Positions 28,621-38,230 of a DNA stretch of 64,000 nucleotides are shown piece by piece (position 1 is the stretch's first letter; every line of letters begins with the position of its first letter). The notes under the pieces were generated by a model. The model was not told where the DNA came from, did no database searches, and was given only the letters and a program-made list of their open reading frames with translations. The position numbers were made by a program, and so were the translations under genes. This stretch comes from a virus, in IMG/VR virus record IMGVR_UViG_3300008954_000020, positions 1-64,000 of that record; one strand, given 5' to 3'.

Positions 28621-30145
28621 ACCAATCATCCCTTAAAACATCTCCGCCGGGTTTTCCATTTCTAATTGGATTACCATCAACGGAATCTTTACCATATCTT
28701 GCATCTTGTGTTACATATTCAAAGGGGTTTGATGGACATTTAAATTTGAAACCTTCTAACATTATTTCTTCTAAATCATTATCAAAATATTTCTTATCAA
28801 CCGCTCTTTTCATTTTCAATCCAGAAACACCATGTGCCTCACTAACCAAATCGTCTTTGACTGATATGTACTTATTCTCATGTTCAACATAACATCTGCA
28901 TTCTGTGCCTGTTATATTTCCGCTGGTGAACATATAATTTATTTCTTCAATTTGTTCGACATGTTCATGGAGTTTACCAGCATAGAATTTTTCTGCATTA
29001 AAATCAGTCATATACCTAATACTATCGTTGATAATGTCATTGGGGTTGTCTACTTGGAATAAACCAATATCTGTATCATCATCAAACAAAGGTATCCTTC
29101 CATTTCTTACTGCCCCAAGTAGCGTGCCGCAATCAATCCAACATTTGATTCCTTTATCGGTAAGATTTTCGCATGTTTTCTTAAGATGTTCAACCATAAT
29201 TTTCTTACAATAACGAGATGTATATGGTGACCAAGAATTGTAATAACAATCATATAACCTTTTTGGTGTTTTAATTATACCAGAAAAAGAATCAATGTCA
29301 ATTCTCATTTCCCTAAAAACTTTGTCACCAAAAATACGATAAAGATATGGAATGGGATTTCCTAAACTGAATACTTTAATTGGCCCATAACTATAAATTT
29401 TCAGTTCTGATTTTTCCTCTACAGTAACATCAGGATTGTAATCTATTTGAATATAAACATCATCCGTCAAAATAATCTTTTCTCCAGATAAAGTTATGTT
29501 ATTTTCTTTAAATGTATTTCGTAAATTTTCAATTGTATCTTTATACTTAGAATCACAACCGATATGAATGCATTTATCATACACTATATGATTTCTATTT
29601 CTTACTGCCCCTAAACACGAACTCTTTGTGAGAAAATATTCAACTCCAGCATCAACCAAAATATCATGAGTTGCACTCATAAGTTCATAAAAATTATAGA
29701 CAAGACTATGAGAATTAATACTATATTCAGCAGGGGCATATTCAAGAATATAACAATCATCTTCTTCAGTAATTTCCCAGTCCTTCAGGTCTATCAATTT
29801 ATCTACACCATCTATCTTACTGATGAAAATTATATCACTAACATGAGAACTGTATTTTAGAATATTCTTTTCTAGATAATCTAAATCCGTACTATCCAAA
29901 ACTAACAAATCACATTCAATAGGACTTGAAGGATTTAAAGTAACTTTCTTTTCTATAGAAAATTCATTTAAATGACTATACATTTCCTTCCCAAGAAGAT
30001 TATCAACAGTACTCATACCTTGCTCGGTTGTATTGTAAATTGATTCACCATGAGGTTGGTCTGATACAATTACGGCATTTATGGAATCTACTGCATAATA
30101 TTTTAGTAGATTTAACATCTTTTGGTTATGACTTAACATTTTCAC
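28613..30145 (-). CDS. Tandem LicD/fukutin-family phosphotransferase
   Basis: Intact WIDCGTLLGAVRNGRIPLFDDDTDIG plus a degenerate copy YFLTKSSCLGAVRNRNHIVYDKCIHIG. Confidence 0.8.
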   Translation of the reverse strand: MKMLSHNQKMLNLLKYYAVDSINAVIVSDQPHGESIYNTTEQGMSTVDNLLGKEMYSHLNEFSIEKKVTLNPSSPIECDLLVLDSTDLDYLEKNILKYSSHVSDIIFISKIDGVDKLIDLKDWEITEEDDCYILEYAPAEYSINSHSLVYNFYELMSATHDILVDAGVEYFLTKSSCLGAVRNRNHIVYDKCIHIGCDSKYKDTIENLRNTFKENNITLSGEKIILTDDVYIQIDYNPDVTVEEKSELKIYSYGPIKVFSLGNPIPYLYRIFGDKVFREMRIDIDSFSGIIKTPKRLYDCYYNSWSPYTSRYCKKIMVEHLKKTCENLTDKGIKCWIDCGTLLGAVRNGRIPLFDDDTDIGLFQVDNPNDIINDSIRYMTDFNAEKFYAGKLHEHVEQIEEINYMFTSGNITGTECRCYVEHENKYISVKDDLVSEAHGVSGLKMKRAVDKKYFDNDLEEIMLEGFKFKCPSNPFEYVTQDARYGKDSVDGNPIRNGKPGGDVLRDDWYE

Positions 30146-30151
30146 TGTCTC

Positions 30152-30799
30152 CTAAACGGAATAATTTATTCCTGCCACTACATCGTTCCATATAATCCCT
30201 GCATCATAGACACCTCTATATGATATACCACGGGATTCTATAAAATTTCTAATATGGAATTCAATTGAAATACTTTCATTACACAGGGTATCCAAATCAA
30301 CCTCATCTAAATAATCTATTAAATTCTTCGTGTGTATAAAGAATGTTCCAGTCCAAAAAGAATTCTCATTGGGATTGGCAGGGCTCCCAACTTTAAAAAG
30401 ATTACTTGGTTCAGACAAAAACGAATCAAACATTCCACTGTGTCGTATAACCGTTCTTGGTTCATGGTGAACATACCAATCATAATTCTTCATCTTATCT
30501 TTGACATAACGCATCATTTCAATACAACCAGCACCTTTATTAATTTTTCCATAAGAATTTAGTTTGGTATTGTATATTTTTTCGGCAGACTTTGGTATCA
30601 AGTTTATAATGGATTCTGGTAGTTCTTCTTCACTGTTCACTGTATTATCAAAATAATAACAATCAGAATTTTCAATAAAATCTTTAATCTTTGACAAAGA
30701 AGAAAGACCATCACAAATCCACCCCCTCCGATGTTTTAATACATCTTCGTTGTTAATGGTTTTGTAAGATGTTTGTAGTCCTAACAATATGTGTTTCAT
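30152..30799 (-). CDS. Hypothetical protein in glycan locus (possible GT)
   Basis: FDNT...NKGAG...SIE pattern; location within the locus. Confidence 0.45.
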   Translation of the reverse strand: MKHILLGLQTSYKTINNEDVLKHRRGWICDGLSSLSKIKDFIENSDCYYFDNTVNSEEELPESIINLIPKSAEKIYNTKLNSYGKINKGAGCIEMMRYVKDKMKNYDWYVHHEPRTVIRHSGMFDSFLSEPSNLFKVGSPANPNENSFWTGTFFIHTKNLIDYLDEVDLDTLCNESISIEFHIRNFIESRGISYRGVYDAGIIWNDVVAGINYSV

Positions 30800-31377
30800 A
30801 ATATTGTCTTTGATAATGAGGGGTAATATGTTCTATCACCACCATCGATGACTTCTTTACAAAGAAGTTCAAAATTGATATTGTTTTCTTTTAGGGTCGG
30901 TGCAATTTTCTTTTTGTTGTACTTCAACATCCAATCTTGGTTGTCTCTCTTTTCCCAACCACCTTCAAACAAAACCACTGGATTACCTGTCACTTTGTCG
31001 AAGAAATCAATCAGAGTTTCACCCGTATTTGAAATATCAAGATGTATAAATTCACTGGGGACATTTAAATCCAACCAACTATCCACTGACATCTTTTGCA
31101 CTGTGATTGTATCCATCAAACCCAATGCATCCATATTGGATTCGAACTGTTCCTGAGAAACACTAGAGTACTCATACAAATCAAACAAATCTATTGCGAT
31201 AACATTCGCCCCGACTTCTTTGGCAGCCATGGTAAGATACGCAGTAGAAAATCCATTCAGAACACCGATGTCATGAATTATTTTGGGCCGATGCTTCAAT
31301 ACCTGTTCATACATTACAACACCAAACTGGTGGGTGTATGAAGAGGGAAGATTTATATGTTTAAGTTCTCTGGTCAT
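30796..31377 (-). CDS. Class I methyltransferase (Methyltransf_24-like)
   Basis: DIGVLNGFST, AIDLF, FIHLDISN. Confidence 0.75.
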   Translation of the reverse strand: MTRELKHINLPSSYTHQFGVVMYEQVLKHRPKIIHDIGVLNGFSTAYLTMAAKEVGANVIAIDLFDLYEYSSVSQEQFESNMDALGLMDTITVQKMSVDSWLDLNVPSEFIHLDISNTGETLIDFFDKVTGNPVVLFEGGWEKRDNQDWMLKYNKKKIAPTLKENNINFELLCKEVIDGGDRTYYPSLSKTIL

Positions 31378-32197
31378 TACAAAATTCCAATAACGAAATA
31401 TATTCACTCGCACACTTTTCTAGTGTAAGGTTCTCTAGTATGTATTCTCTTGGTTTGAATGATTGTAGTTGGTTCAAGAAGAGATTAAAACAACCCAAAT
31501 CTGGTGACTTGATTCCGCATCGACCATCGAAATATGGAGCAGAAGATGCAGGAGCAGAAATGCCGGGCCTATCATCCCAAACCTGTTTGTCTAGAACATA
31601 CAAAGGAAGATTCATGGATAACATTTCTTGATATGCTATACCTTGACTTTCTGTTGCAGTTATTGTTACACCAAATCTTGAAGATTGCGCCAACTGAATA
31701 AATTCATCTTCACTATAACTTCCATATGTTATTTGTTTATAGGTCAATGACTTTTCTTCTAATATGGAAATTAATTCTTCCAGTTTTTCGGCCGGCCCGT
31801 TCTTAAAATAAATCAAACAATCGCTGGTTGGTTCGCTATCAGAAGGTATGAATCTTTCAGTTTCTACACCAGAGGCCCAGACATCAATGGTGTGTTTTGA
31901 ATCTAGGTATTCGTAGTAAACATCTTTTACCCACTGTGATGGGACAACTAATCTTCTTGGTGTTTCCCAAAAAGAAGGATTTACATCACACGGCAAAACA
32001 AACAGATTTGGCCCTAATAAAAAATTATCTCCGCAATCTTGGGGGACATTTTGTAGACATCCCGTATAATCTGTTGTAACATTTTCTTTATAATCAACCC
32101 CCAACCGTTCAAGTCCGAGTAATAGATTCGAACAAACTTTGCCTGGGCCATTTGTGGGTGTAGTATTATTAAAATATAATCCTACCTCATTTAACAT
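31361..32197 (-). CDS. GT-B (GT4-like) glycosyltransferase
   Basis: VVPSQWV, GVETERF, ESQGIAYQE (EX7E). Confidence 0.75.
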   Translation of the reverse strand: MLNEVGLYFNNTTPTNGPGKVCSNLLLGLERLGVDYKENVTTDYTGCLQNVPQDCGDNFLLGPNLFVLPCDVNPSFWETPRRLVVPSQWVKDVYYEYLDSKHTIDVWASGVETERFIPSDSEPTSDCLIYFKNGPAEKLEELISILEEKSLTYKQITYGSYSEDEFIQLAQSSRFGVTITATESQGIAYQEMLSMNLPLYVLDKQVWDDRPGISAPASSAPYFDGRCGIKSPDLGCFNLFLNQLQSFKPREYILENLTLEKCASEYISLLEFCNDQRT

Positions 32198-32831
32198 AAA
32201 ATGCATCTCCCCATGTCCCGCCGGCCCAATTCTCTACTACTTTTTTAAATCCGTAGGTTGATAGACATTCATCTATCTCAGAAACCAATGGACATTTTTC
32301 ATAAACTTCATCTCTGTTTACTTCGGAGTAGATACAATCTATGTGTTGTAAAGAATTGACAGCACCTTTGAATACTTCTAATTCATATCCTTGAACATCA
32401 ATATTAATCATATTGTATTTTTGGATATCAATGTCTTCATTCTCGATTAGGGTATCCAATGTTGTCATGTTTACTTTTATTTTATCTTTGAATTGTATGT
32501 GTGGATATTGTTCTAGGTGTTTCTTTGGTGCAAGAATAGAACTAGACTGGCCCCGATATAATTCTGCATTAGCACCTTCAAATTCAGAAATATACATTTC
32601 AATTTCTTTTGTTTCTGACCCCAGTGCAGTTTCAAACATCAATGCGTTTTTGTCTACAATAGTTTCCTTCATCTTTTTAAAATGTCTAGGAACAGGTTCA
32701 ATTAAAATAAAATCTTTTACTCCAGATTGTCTTAATGGAAGATATTCTTGGCCGTAATGGGCACCAATTTGTATTACACCTCGGACATTTATATTAAAAT
32801 GAGAAAGCAGTTGTGGTATATCAATTAACAT
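32187..32831 (-). CDS. FkbM-family O-methyltransferase
   Basis: IGAHYG, IEP, SSSIL, TLD, IDVQGYELEV. Confidence 0.88.
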   Translation of the reverse strand: MLIDIPQLLSHFNINVRGVIQIGAHYGQEYLPLRQSGVKDFILIEPVPRHFKKMKETIVDKNALMFETALGSETKEIEMYISEFEGANAELYRGQSSSILAPKKHLEQYPHIQFKDKIKVNMTTLDTLIENEDIDIQKYNMINIDVQGYELEVFKGAVNSLQHIDCIYSEVNRDEVYEKCPLVSEIDECLSTYGFKKVVENWAGGTWGDAFYVK

Positions 32832-33664
32832 TAAATTTGAATCCAATCTTCGGGGAACATATCTTTCGTATCTTTAGATGGGTCGGTAAACCATTTCGAT
32901 GGATACATCACAATTTTATCTTCATTCTTGTTTAACCATGATGCCCACCAAGCGAAGGTGCTATTAGGAATTATATCATGTTTACAACAAGACATCAAGT
33001 GTAAATAGTCAATATATTTGTGTCCTGCATAAGATTTGTCAACTATAAAGAATCGGTCTTGCCATGTCTTAAAGTTTTCTTTGCACCATTCTATATCATC
33101 TGAGAAAACATAGAAATATGCATTGTCTACTTTTTTGCTGATTTCATCAATACATTTATTAAAGTAGTCCATTCCCAAATTTTCGAAGAGGTTATCTGTT
33201 AGATAATCTGCTCTTCTAACATTAATCATAACTGAATTACAAGAAAGAATTTCTTCTTTCAATTTAAGAGTTTTGGGTTCAACTATATCGGGGAATGTGA
33301 ATTCCTCTCGAATAGAATCGGAAATGTTTTCAAAATACTTGTGTGTTTGCCAATATCCAATAAGAAGATAATCATTCTCACCCGATAGTGTTGCATCCAT
33401 CAACATATCACAAAAATGAAAATATGGTTCTTGTACTGGAATAACATTAGAAGGTGCATTTTCAGTAGTAACCATCTTTTCTTTTAACTTGGGAAAGAGA
33501 TTAAGTTCATAATCTCTAAAAACATGCACAAAACCCGGCGTTCTATTTTCTAGAAACGAAGTGTCTAGTAACATTTCATTATTGTTTTTTTCTTCTAGAC
33601 TTCTGCCCAGTGCATATTGGAACATTTGATTTCCAAGTCCGCCCATTAATCTAACAATTATCAT
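32831..33664 (-). CDS. GT11 alpha-1,2-fucosyltransferase-like
   Basis: GGLGNQMFQYA, GYWQ, NVRRADY, FSDD, NSTFAWW. Confidence 0.88.
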   Translation of the reverse strand: MIIVRLMGGLGNQMFQYALGRSLEEKNNNEMLLDTSFLENRTPGFVHVFRDYELNLFPKLKEKMVTTENAPSNVIPVQEPYFHFCDMLMDATLSGENDYLLIGYWQTHKYFENISDSIREEFTFPDIVEPKTLKLKEEILSCNSVMINVRRADYLTDNLFENLGMDYFNKCIDEISKKVDNAYFYVFSDDIEWCKENFKTWQDRFFIVDKSYAGHKYIDYLHLMSCCKHDIIPNSTFAWWASWLNKNEDKIVMYPSKWFTDPSKDTKDMFPEDWIQI

Positions 33665-34725
33665 GATATCATTTCCCTGACAATCTCTCTAATGTTTTTG
33701 GTTATATTCCAATCAGGATAATCCTTCTTAAACTTATCCAAATTACTGATGTACCAAATATGGTCACCAATTCTATTTTCATCTGAGATGGTATAGTTGT
33801 TCCAATCACTCCCCATTTCTTCGTTGATAATATCAATTACTTCCATCATGGAAACTGAATTTTCTCTTCCGCCTCCCATGTTATAAACTGATGCTGGGAT
33901 TGGGTTTTGATGATAGTGCCAGAAAGCATTTACCATATCCCAAGAGTCAATGTTATCTCTTACTTGTTTTCCTTTGTAACCAAAGACAGTATATGGTTTA
34001 TCGTTCTTCATGCACTTGATTAGATAAGACAAAAATCCGTGAAGTTCTGCACCCGAATGTTTTGAACCTGTCAAACACCCACCACGAAAACAAACCGTGT
34101 TCATATCATGGTATCTACCATATTCCTGAACCATTACATCTGCTGCAACTTTCGATGCACCAAATACAGAATGTTTACAACCATCAATTGACATGTCTTC
34201 ATCTACAGAATAAAGTTCACCTGTCTTTTTATCATATGCTTCGTATCGGGTATCTAATTCTTTAATTTCAAAATCACAATTATAAATTGCATTCGGTCTA
34301 TCACCATACACTTTATTTGTTGATGTGAAAATAAAGGTTGCATCTTTGCAATGTTTCCTTGTCAATTCTAAAAGATTCAAAGTTCCAAGTGCGTTAATAG
34401 TAAAATCTGTAATGGGTTCTTTCACGGCCCAATCATGAGAAGGTTGTGCTGCTGTGTGAATAACACATTCTATATTAGAACCATACTGTTCGAACACCCG
34501 CTCCATAGATACCATATCTCTAATATCAAAATCATATTGTTTATAGTTTTTAATTGTTCCCATGAGATGTTTCAAATTCTTTCTAGTTGAAGCACCATCT
34601 CCAAAAAAGTATGACCTCATATCATTATCGATACCAAGGATGTCATATCCTTTTTTATCGAAGAACAAACAAGATTCAACACCAATCAAACCACAAGACC
34701 CAGTGACTATAACATATTTTTTCAT
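33661..34725 (-). CDS. NDP-sugar 2-epimerase (CDP-paratose/tyvelose epimerase-like)
   Basis: TGSCGLIG, HTAAQPSHD, STNKVYG, QEYGRY, GKQVRD, RIGDHIWY. Confidence 0.82.
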   Translation of the reverse strand: MKKYVIVTGSCGLIGVESCLFFDKKGYDILGIDNDMRSYFFGDGASTRKNLKHLMGTIKNYKQYDFDIRDMVSMERVFEQYGSNIECVIHTAAQPSHDWAVKEPITDFTINALGTLNLLELTRKHCKDATFIFTSTNKVYGDRPNAIYNCDFEIKELDTRYEAYDKKTGELYSVDEDMSIDGCKHSVFGASKVAADVMVQEYGRYHDMNTVCFRGGCLTGSKHSGAELHGFLSYLIKCMKNDKPYTVFGYKGKQVRDNIDSWDMVNAFWHYHQNPIPASVYNMGGGRENSVSMMEVIDIINEEMGSDWNNYTISDENRIGDHIWYISNLDKFKKDYPDWNITKNIREIVREMIS

Positions 34726-35351
34726 ACTGATTCTTTCTTTCTAAAATGTATTTTTGTCCACGGAAGATTTGCCATATCATTTTGATAAAACCAAACCGTT
34801 CCTTCGGGTAAAATAACAGTAAAGTCTTTTTGTATTTCTGCTGTTGCGACATCACAGTGCCACTTTTTATTAACAACCCATTCATGCATTTCTTCTATAC
34901 ATCTTTTTACATATTCTTCACTCATATAAACAACAGCATGAAGTGATGTCATATATGAAATTTTTAAAAAGTTTTCTTTATATTGTTCTATAGTAAGTGG
35001 GTGTGACATTCTGGAAGCCCTTGCATTTGCTTCATTTATTGGCCAAGAAGTAGAACCAAGATATACAGCATCTACTCCATCGGGGACATCTAGAACTTGT
35101 GAACAACTGTCGGTGTATGCGACATCATCTTCTAAAATTAAAAACGGAAGTCCGTTAGCTAGTCCCCTTTCTAATGTTTTGATATGACTCATACCGCAAC
35201 CATAAAAATATGGTTGTGCTTTTATAGCGGAAACTCGTTCATGATTTTTTATATTTAACTCTTCGAAAAGATTTTCCATGTTCTCTTTTCTATCAGTTTT
35301 CTCGTCCAAGTTTATCCAATATGTTTTTAATGTTTGAAGGTCAAGTTTCAT
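34722..35351 (-). CDS. GT25-like glycosyltransferase
   Basis: YWINL...R, GCGMSH, LILEDD, VYLG. Confidence 0.8.
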   Translation of the reverse strand: MKLDLQTLKTYWINLDEKTDRKENMENLFEELNIKNHERVSAIKAQPYFYGCGMSHIKTLERGLANGLPFLILEDDVAYTDSCSQVLDVPDGVDAVYLGSTSWPINEANARASRMSHPLTIEQYKENFLKISYMTSLHAVVYMSEEYVKRCIEEMHEWVVNKKWHCDVATAEIQKDFTVILPEGTVWFYQNDMANLPWTKIHFRKKESV

Positions 35352-35997
35352 ATTGCATACCCACTTTACCCCGTTCGGTTTCCGTGCTTCCCCAAAACTG
35401 GTCAGCATATGGTTTAAAAGGCCCTTGGTATGGGTGTAATTTGGTATAATGATTTGGAATAAAATAGAAACTAGGATATATTGCTAGTTTATTATATTTT
35501 AATTCATGAACCGACTGTGTTAAGAATAGTGGGCCCACTGTCTTCCACGCTGTTAACGGGCCACAATGAAGCGCTTCTCCATAAAGATTGTGTACTTTGT
35601 TTACTAGATGCCACATCAATTCGCACCCCTGTACACAACCCAAATAACCAGCAGCAATCAACTGTCCACGAATTAATTCGTTTTCGTAACAACTGAAACT
35701 ATCATTCTCTAAAAGATAATCATCTAAAGGCCTCAAACAAACACAATCTGCATCGAGAAAAAACCCACCAAACTTTTGGAGGATTTCATATCGTGCTATA
35801 TCGCACTTACCATTCCACTCGGGCATGGCATCGTATTGTTGTTGGTTGTGGAGTCCTTTTGGAAAATGTTCTGCTATTGTTTCTTCGTTCCAGAACATAT
35901 AATCCCAATCGGGGTGGGATTCTTTCCATGTATTCATCATTTCAACGGGGGCTTGTTTAGGGCCTACCCATAACTGGTGCATCACTTTTGGTATCAT
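35341..35997 (-). CDS. GT32 (OCH1-like, DxD) glycosyltransferase
   Basis: IPKVMHQLW, DIARYEIL..FGGFFLDAD, TVGP. Confidence 0.88.
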   Translation of the reverse strand: MIPKVMHQLWVGPKQAPVEMMNTWKESHPDWDYMFWNEETIAEHFPKGLHNQQQYDAMPEWNGKCDIARYEILQKFGGFFLDADCVCLRPLDDYLLENDSFSCYENELIRGQLIAAGYLGCVQGCELMWHLVNKVHNLYGEALHCGPLTAWKTVGPLFLTQSVHELKYNKLAIYPSFYFIPNHYTKLHPYQGPFKPYADQFWGSTETERGKVGMQYET

Positions 35998-36012
35998 AAT
36001 ATAAAATCCTAA

Positions 36013-36411
36013 TTATTTGCGGCCGATATGGTATTTAGGTACTAACTCCCATTCATCTTTTTCTTTGTATGAGATGATTTTGATTTGGTTTAATGGTGCA
36101 ATTGGTTCTTCGCAACATTCGGGGTCTACTATTTCTAATAGTTCCCATTCTTCTAAAAGGCCAACTATCGCATTTCGTCTAGCGATATCATTGTCGGCTA
36201 TATCGGTTGGTAAACCATCGAGGGCAAACAGTTCTTTAAAATGAACGATATAATATTTGCCCTTTTTGTGCAGGATGTGGCAACTTTGATATAATTTTTG
36301 TTCTTTTCGGGAGGAAACGCCAATGCGTGTTAAGGTTTCTCTCACCTTTAAAAAATCTTCATCTTGCGCTAATTCTATTTCTACTAAGTCATCTATTGAT
36401 ATTGTACTCAT
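36013..36411 (-). CDS. regA: Translational repressor RegA
   Basis: FLKVRETLTRIG, LYQSCHILHK, HFKELF. Confidence 0.95.
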   Translation of the reverse strand: MSTISIDDLVEIELAQDEDFLKVRETLTRIGVSSRKEQKLYQSCHILHKKGKYYIVHFKELFALDGLPTDIADNDIARRNAIVGLLEEWELLEIVDPECCEEPIAPLNQIKIISYKEKDEWELVPKYHIGRK

Positions 36412-36453
36412 GATTTATCTCTTCTTCCATGATTAATGTTCAAACACTTCCCT

Positions 36454-36837
36454 TTATTTAGGGTTTTCAGTACTTGACCACAGTTTACGAAGAGATATGA
36501 TGTTTTCTTTTGTCATTAACTTTTTATATTCCCGAGCCCTTCGGGTGTTTATGTTATAGTGTTGTTTTATTAATTCAACATCGGGGTCGTTTTCTATCTT
36601 AAACCACTTACTAAATCTTCTTCTTGACCGTGTAGAGTTTAAAAGATAATCATATTGAACCTTGTTGTCCAAGTGACTGGACATATTCATTTCATTTGAT
36701 TGCATAATGGTGTCTGGGAAATAAGACAAACATCGATTTATTACAAAGGGTGTATATAATCGTTCTGCTTCTGGACAGTTGTCCAAAGCGTTCTTCTTGG
36801 TAGAATTAATCGAATTAAGAAAATCGCCAAGTTTCAT
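36454..36837 (-). CDS. gp62: Clamp loader small subunit (gp62)
   Basis: PFVINRCLS, NEMN, QYDY, RRFSKW; lies next to regA. Confidence 0.9.
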   Translation of the reverse strand: MKLGDFLNSINSTKKNALDNCPEAERLYTPFVINRCLSYFPDTIMQSNEMNMSSHLDNKVQYDYLLNSTRSRRRFSKWFKIENDPDVELIKQHYNINTRRAREYKKLMTKENIISLRKLWSSTENPK

Positions 36838-37940
36838 CGGATAATATCAATCTCATCCATCTTATTTGCATCCCAAATTTCCATTTCGGTACGCAATCTG
36901 CCATCTGCAATTAAATTATTGTATCGATTGGTTGCTTTATTCTTCCACCACCCAATCAAATTATCAAAAGAATATCGGTCGTAATTCTCTTTCTTGATTA
37001 ATTTATCATCCTTACCAAGAATATAATCTACGGCATTAGCAAAACCATAATCGGTAGTATATGCTCTCTTCTTTGTTGTCAGTCCTTGGGCATGTTTTAG
37101 AAATCCAACGAACTCATCGTAGTCATCTGTTCTTCCTGATTCCTTCAAACTTGCCTTAACGATGGATATCATCTTAGTTTGTGTTTTAAGTTTTCTACTC
37201 GATGCTTCTTTATGAATTAGGGGCCCGTCATTCTTTTCGGTAAAGAACTTATTCAGTTCTTTGTAAATCTCGTCTGACATTGTAAGTAAAAATTTACTTT
37301 CTGTATTTCCACGATAACGAATAAATGGTTTCAACCCATCATATTGACTCGATGGTTTAATACTGCCGTAAAGAGATGTAGTTTCAAACATACAAATATC
37401 ACTGTTCCACTTTTCATTCATCTTCTTTCGAACTTCGTGACTACAACAAATCAAAGACAGAAGTTTACCACCAAGATAATTGAAACCAAATGGTTGCGTT
37501 GGCACAATAACAAATCCCATGATAATATGTTTATTTACTTTATCGAGTGGAGGAACTTCTCCAAACAAAACATTTCTTGGTTTGGAATTGATTGTCGGAG
37601 AACCCAATCGAATAAATCCAACATACTTTCCTGTGTTGGATTCTCTAACAGCAATCGGTAGACTTTTGCCTGGATTGATATCGTTGGAGTGAGATGAAAT
37701 GTGTTCAAGATAATTATCCCATTGATTATATGGTAGGTCAACCAATTCAAAATTCATATCTTCGGGAGACATAGAAAAATCTGAAAACAAATCATCATCG
37801 ATTGAAAATAGACTCATCGGTAATTTGTCGAGTCTTTGCTTCTTTCTCTCACGAAAGTAAGTATCGATTCGGTCAAAACTGCCGTAATATCCATTCAGTC
37901 GATTAACAACATAATCTAAATCTTTTCCTTCAAGAATCAT
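36834..37940 (-). CDS. DUF4338 / DruA-like protein
   Basis: GFIRLGSP, VPTQPFGFNYLGGKLL, FETTSLYG, SQYDG. Confidence 0.7.
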   Translation of the reverse strand: MILEGKDLDYVVNRLNGYYGSFDRIDTYFRERKKQRLDKLPMSLFSIDDDLFSDFSMSPEDMNFELVDLPYNQWDNYLEHISSHSNDINPGKSLPIAVRESNTGKYVGFIRLGSPTINSKPRNVLFGEVPPLDKVNKHIIMGFVIVPTQPFGFNYLGGKLLSLICCSHEVRKKMNEKWNSDICMFETTSLYGSIKPSSQYDGLKPFIRYRGNTESKFLLTMSDEIYKELNKFFTEKNDGPLIHKEASSRKLKTQTKMISIVKASLKESGRTDDYDEFVGFLKHAQGLTTKKRAYTTDYGFANAVDYILGKDDKLIKKENYDRYSFDNLIGWWKNKATNRYNNLIADGRLRTEMEIWDANKMDEIDIIR

Positions 37941-38230
37941 CCGAATTTAACATCTTTACCTATAACAGCAACTATTTTTTCGATATCAACAATCATATAA
38001 TCCTCCACAGACCACCACACTGCTTGCTTGATTATTACTCTATCGCCTACTGTAAACGGCGGTTCGGGCATTTCTATACCTTTGCTATTTATGGGTGGTG
38101 GGCCAATGGCCGCTACAACACCTGTGGTATATTTCGGGCCTCTCTTTTGTTGATATATAATCAATCCTTCGTGAGTTCGAAATTCATCTTCCTTGATGGC
38201 AACTTTGCCGGCATACGGAATAAATTTCAT
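37937..38230 (-). CDS. GroES-like co-chaperonin
   Basis: 97 aa; P..GKVAI, GLII, GVVAAIGP, VGDRVI, IVAVI. Confidence 0.7.
   Translation of the reverse strand: MKFIPYAGKVAIKEDEFRTHEGLIIYQQKRGPKYTTGVVAAIGPPPINSKGIEMPEPPFTVGDRVIIKQAVWWSVEDYMIVDIEKIVAVIGKDVKFG

Noticed and set aside
22200-35997. Glycan locus as host contamination or as T4-type DNA glucosylation
   Set aside because: It is contiguous and co-oriented with regA and the fibre genes. No dCMP hydroxymethylase or agt/bgt-like gene was recognised.
36834-37940. Complete Druantia defence system
   Set aside because: Only a DruA-like gene is present, with no DruE helicase or other subunits.
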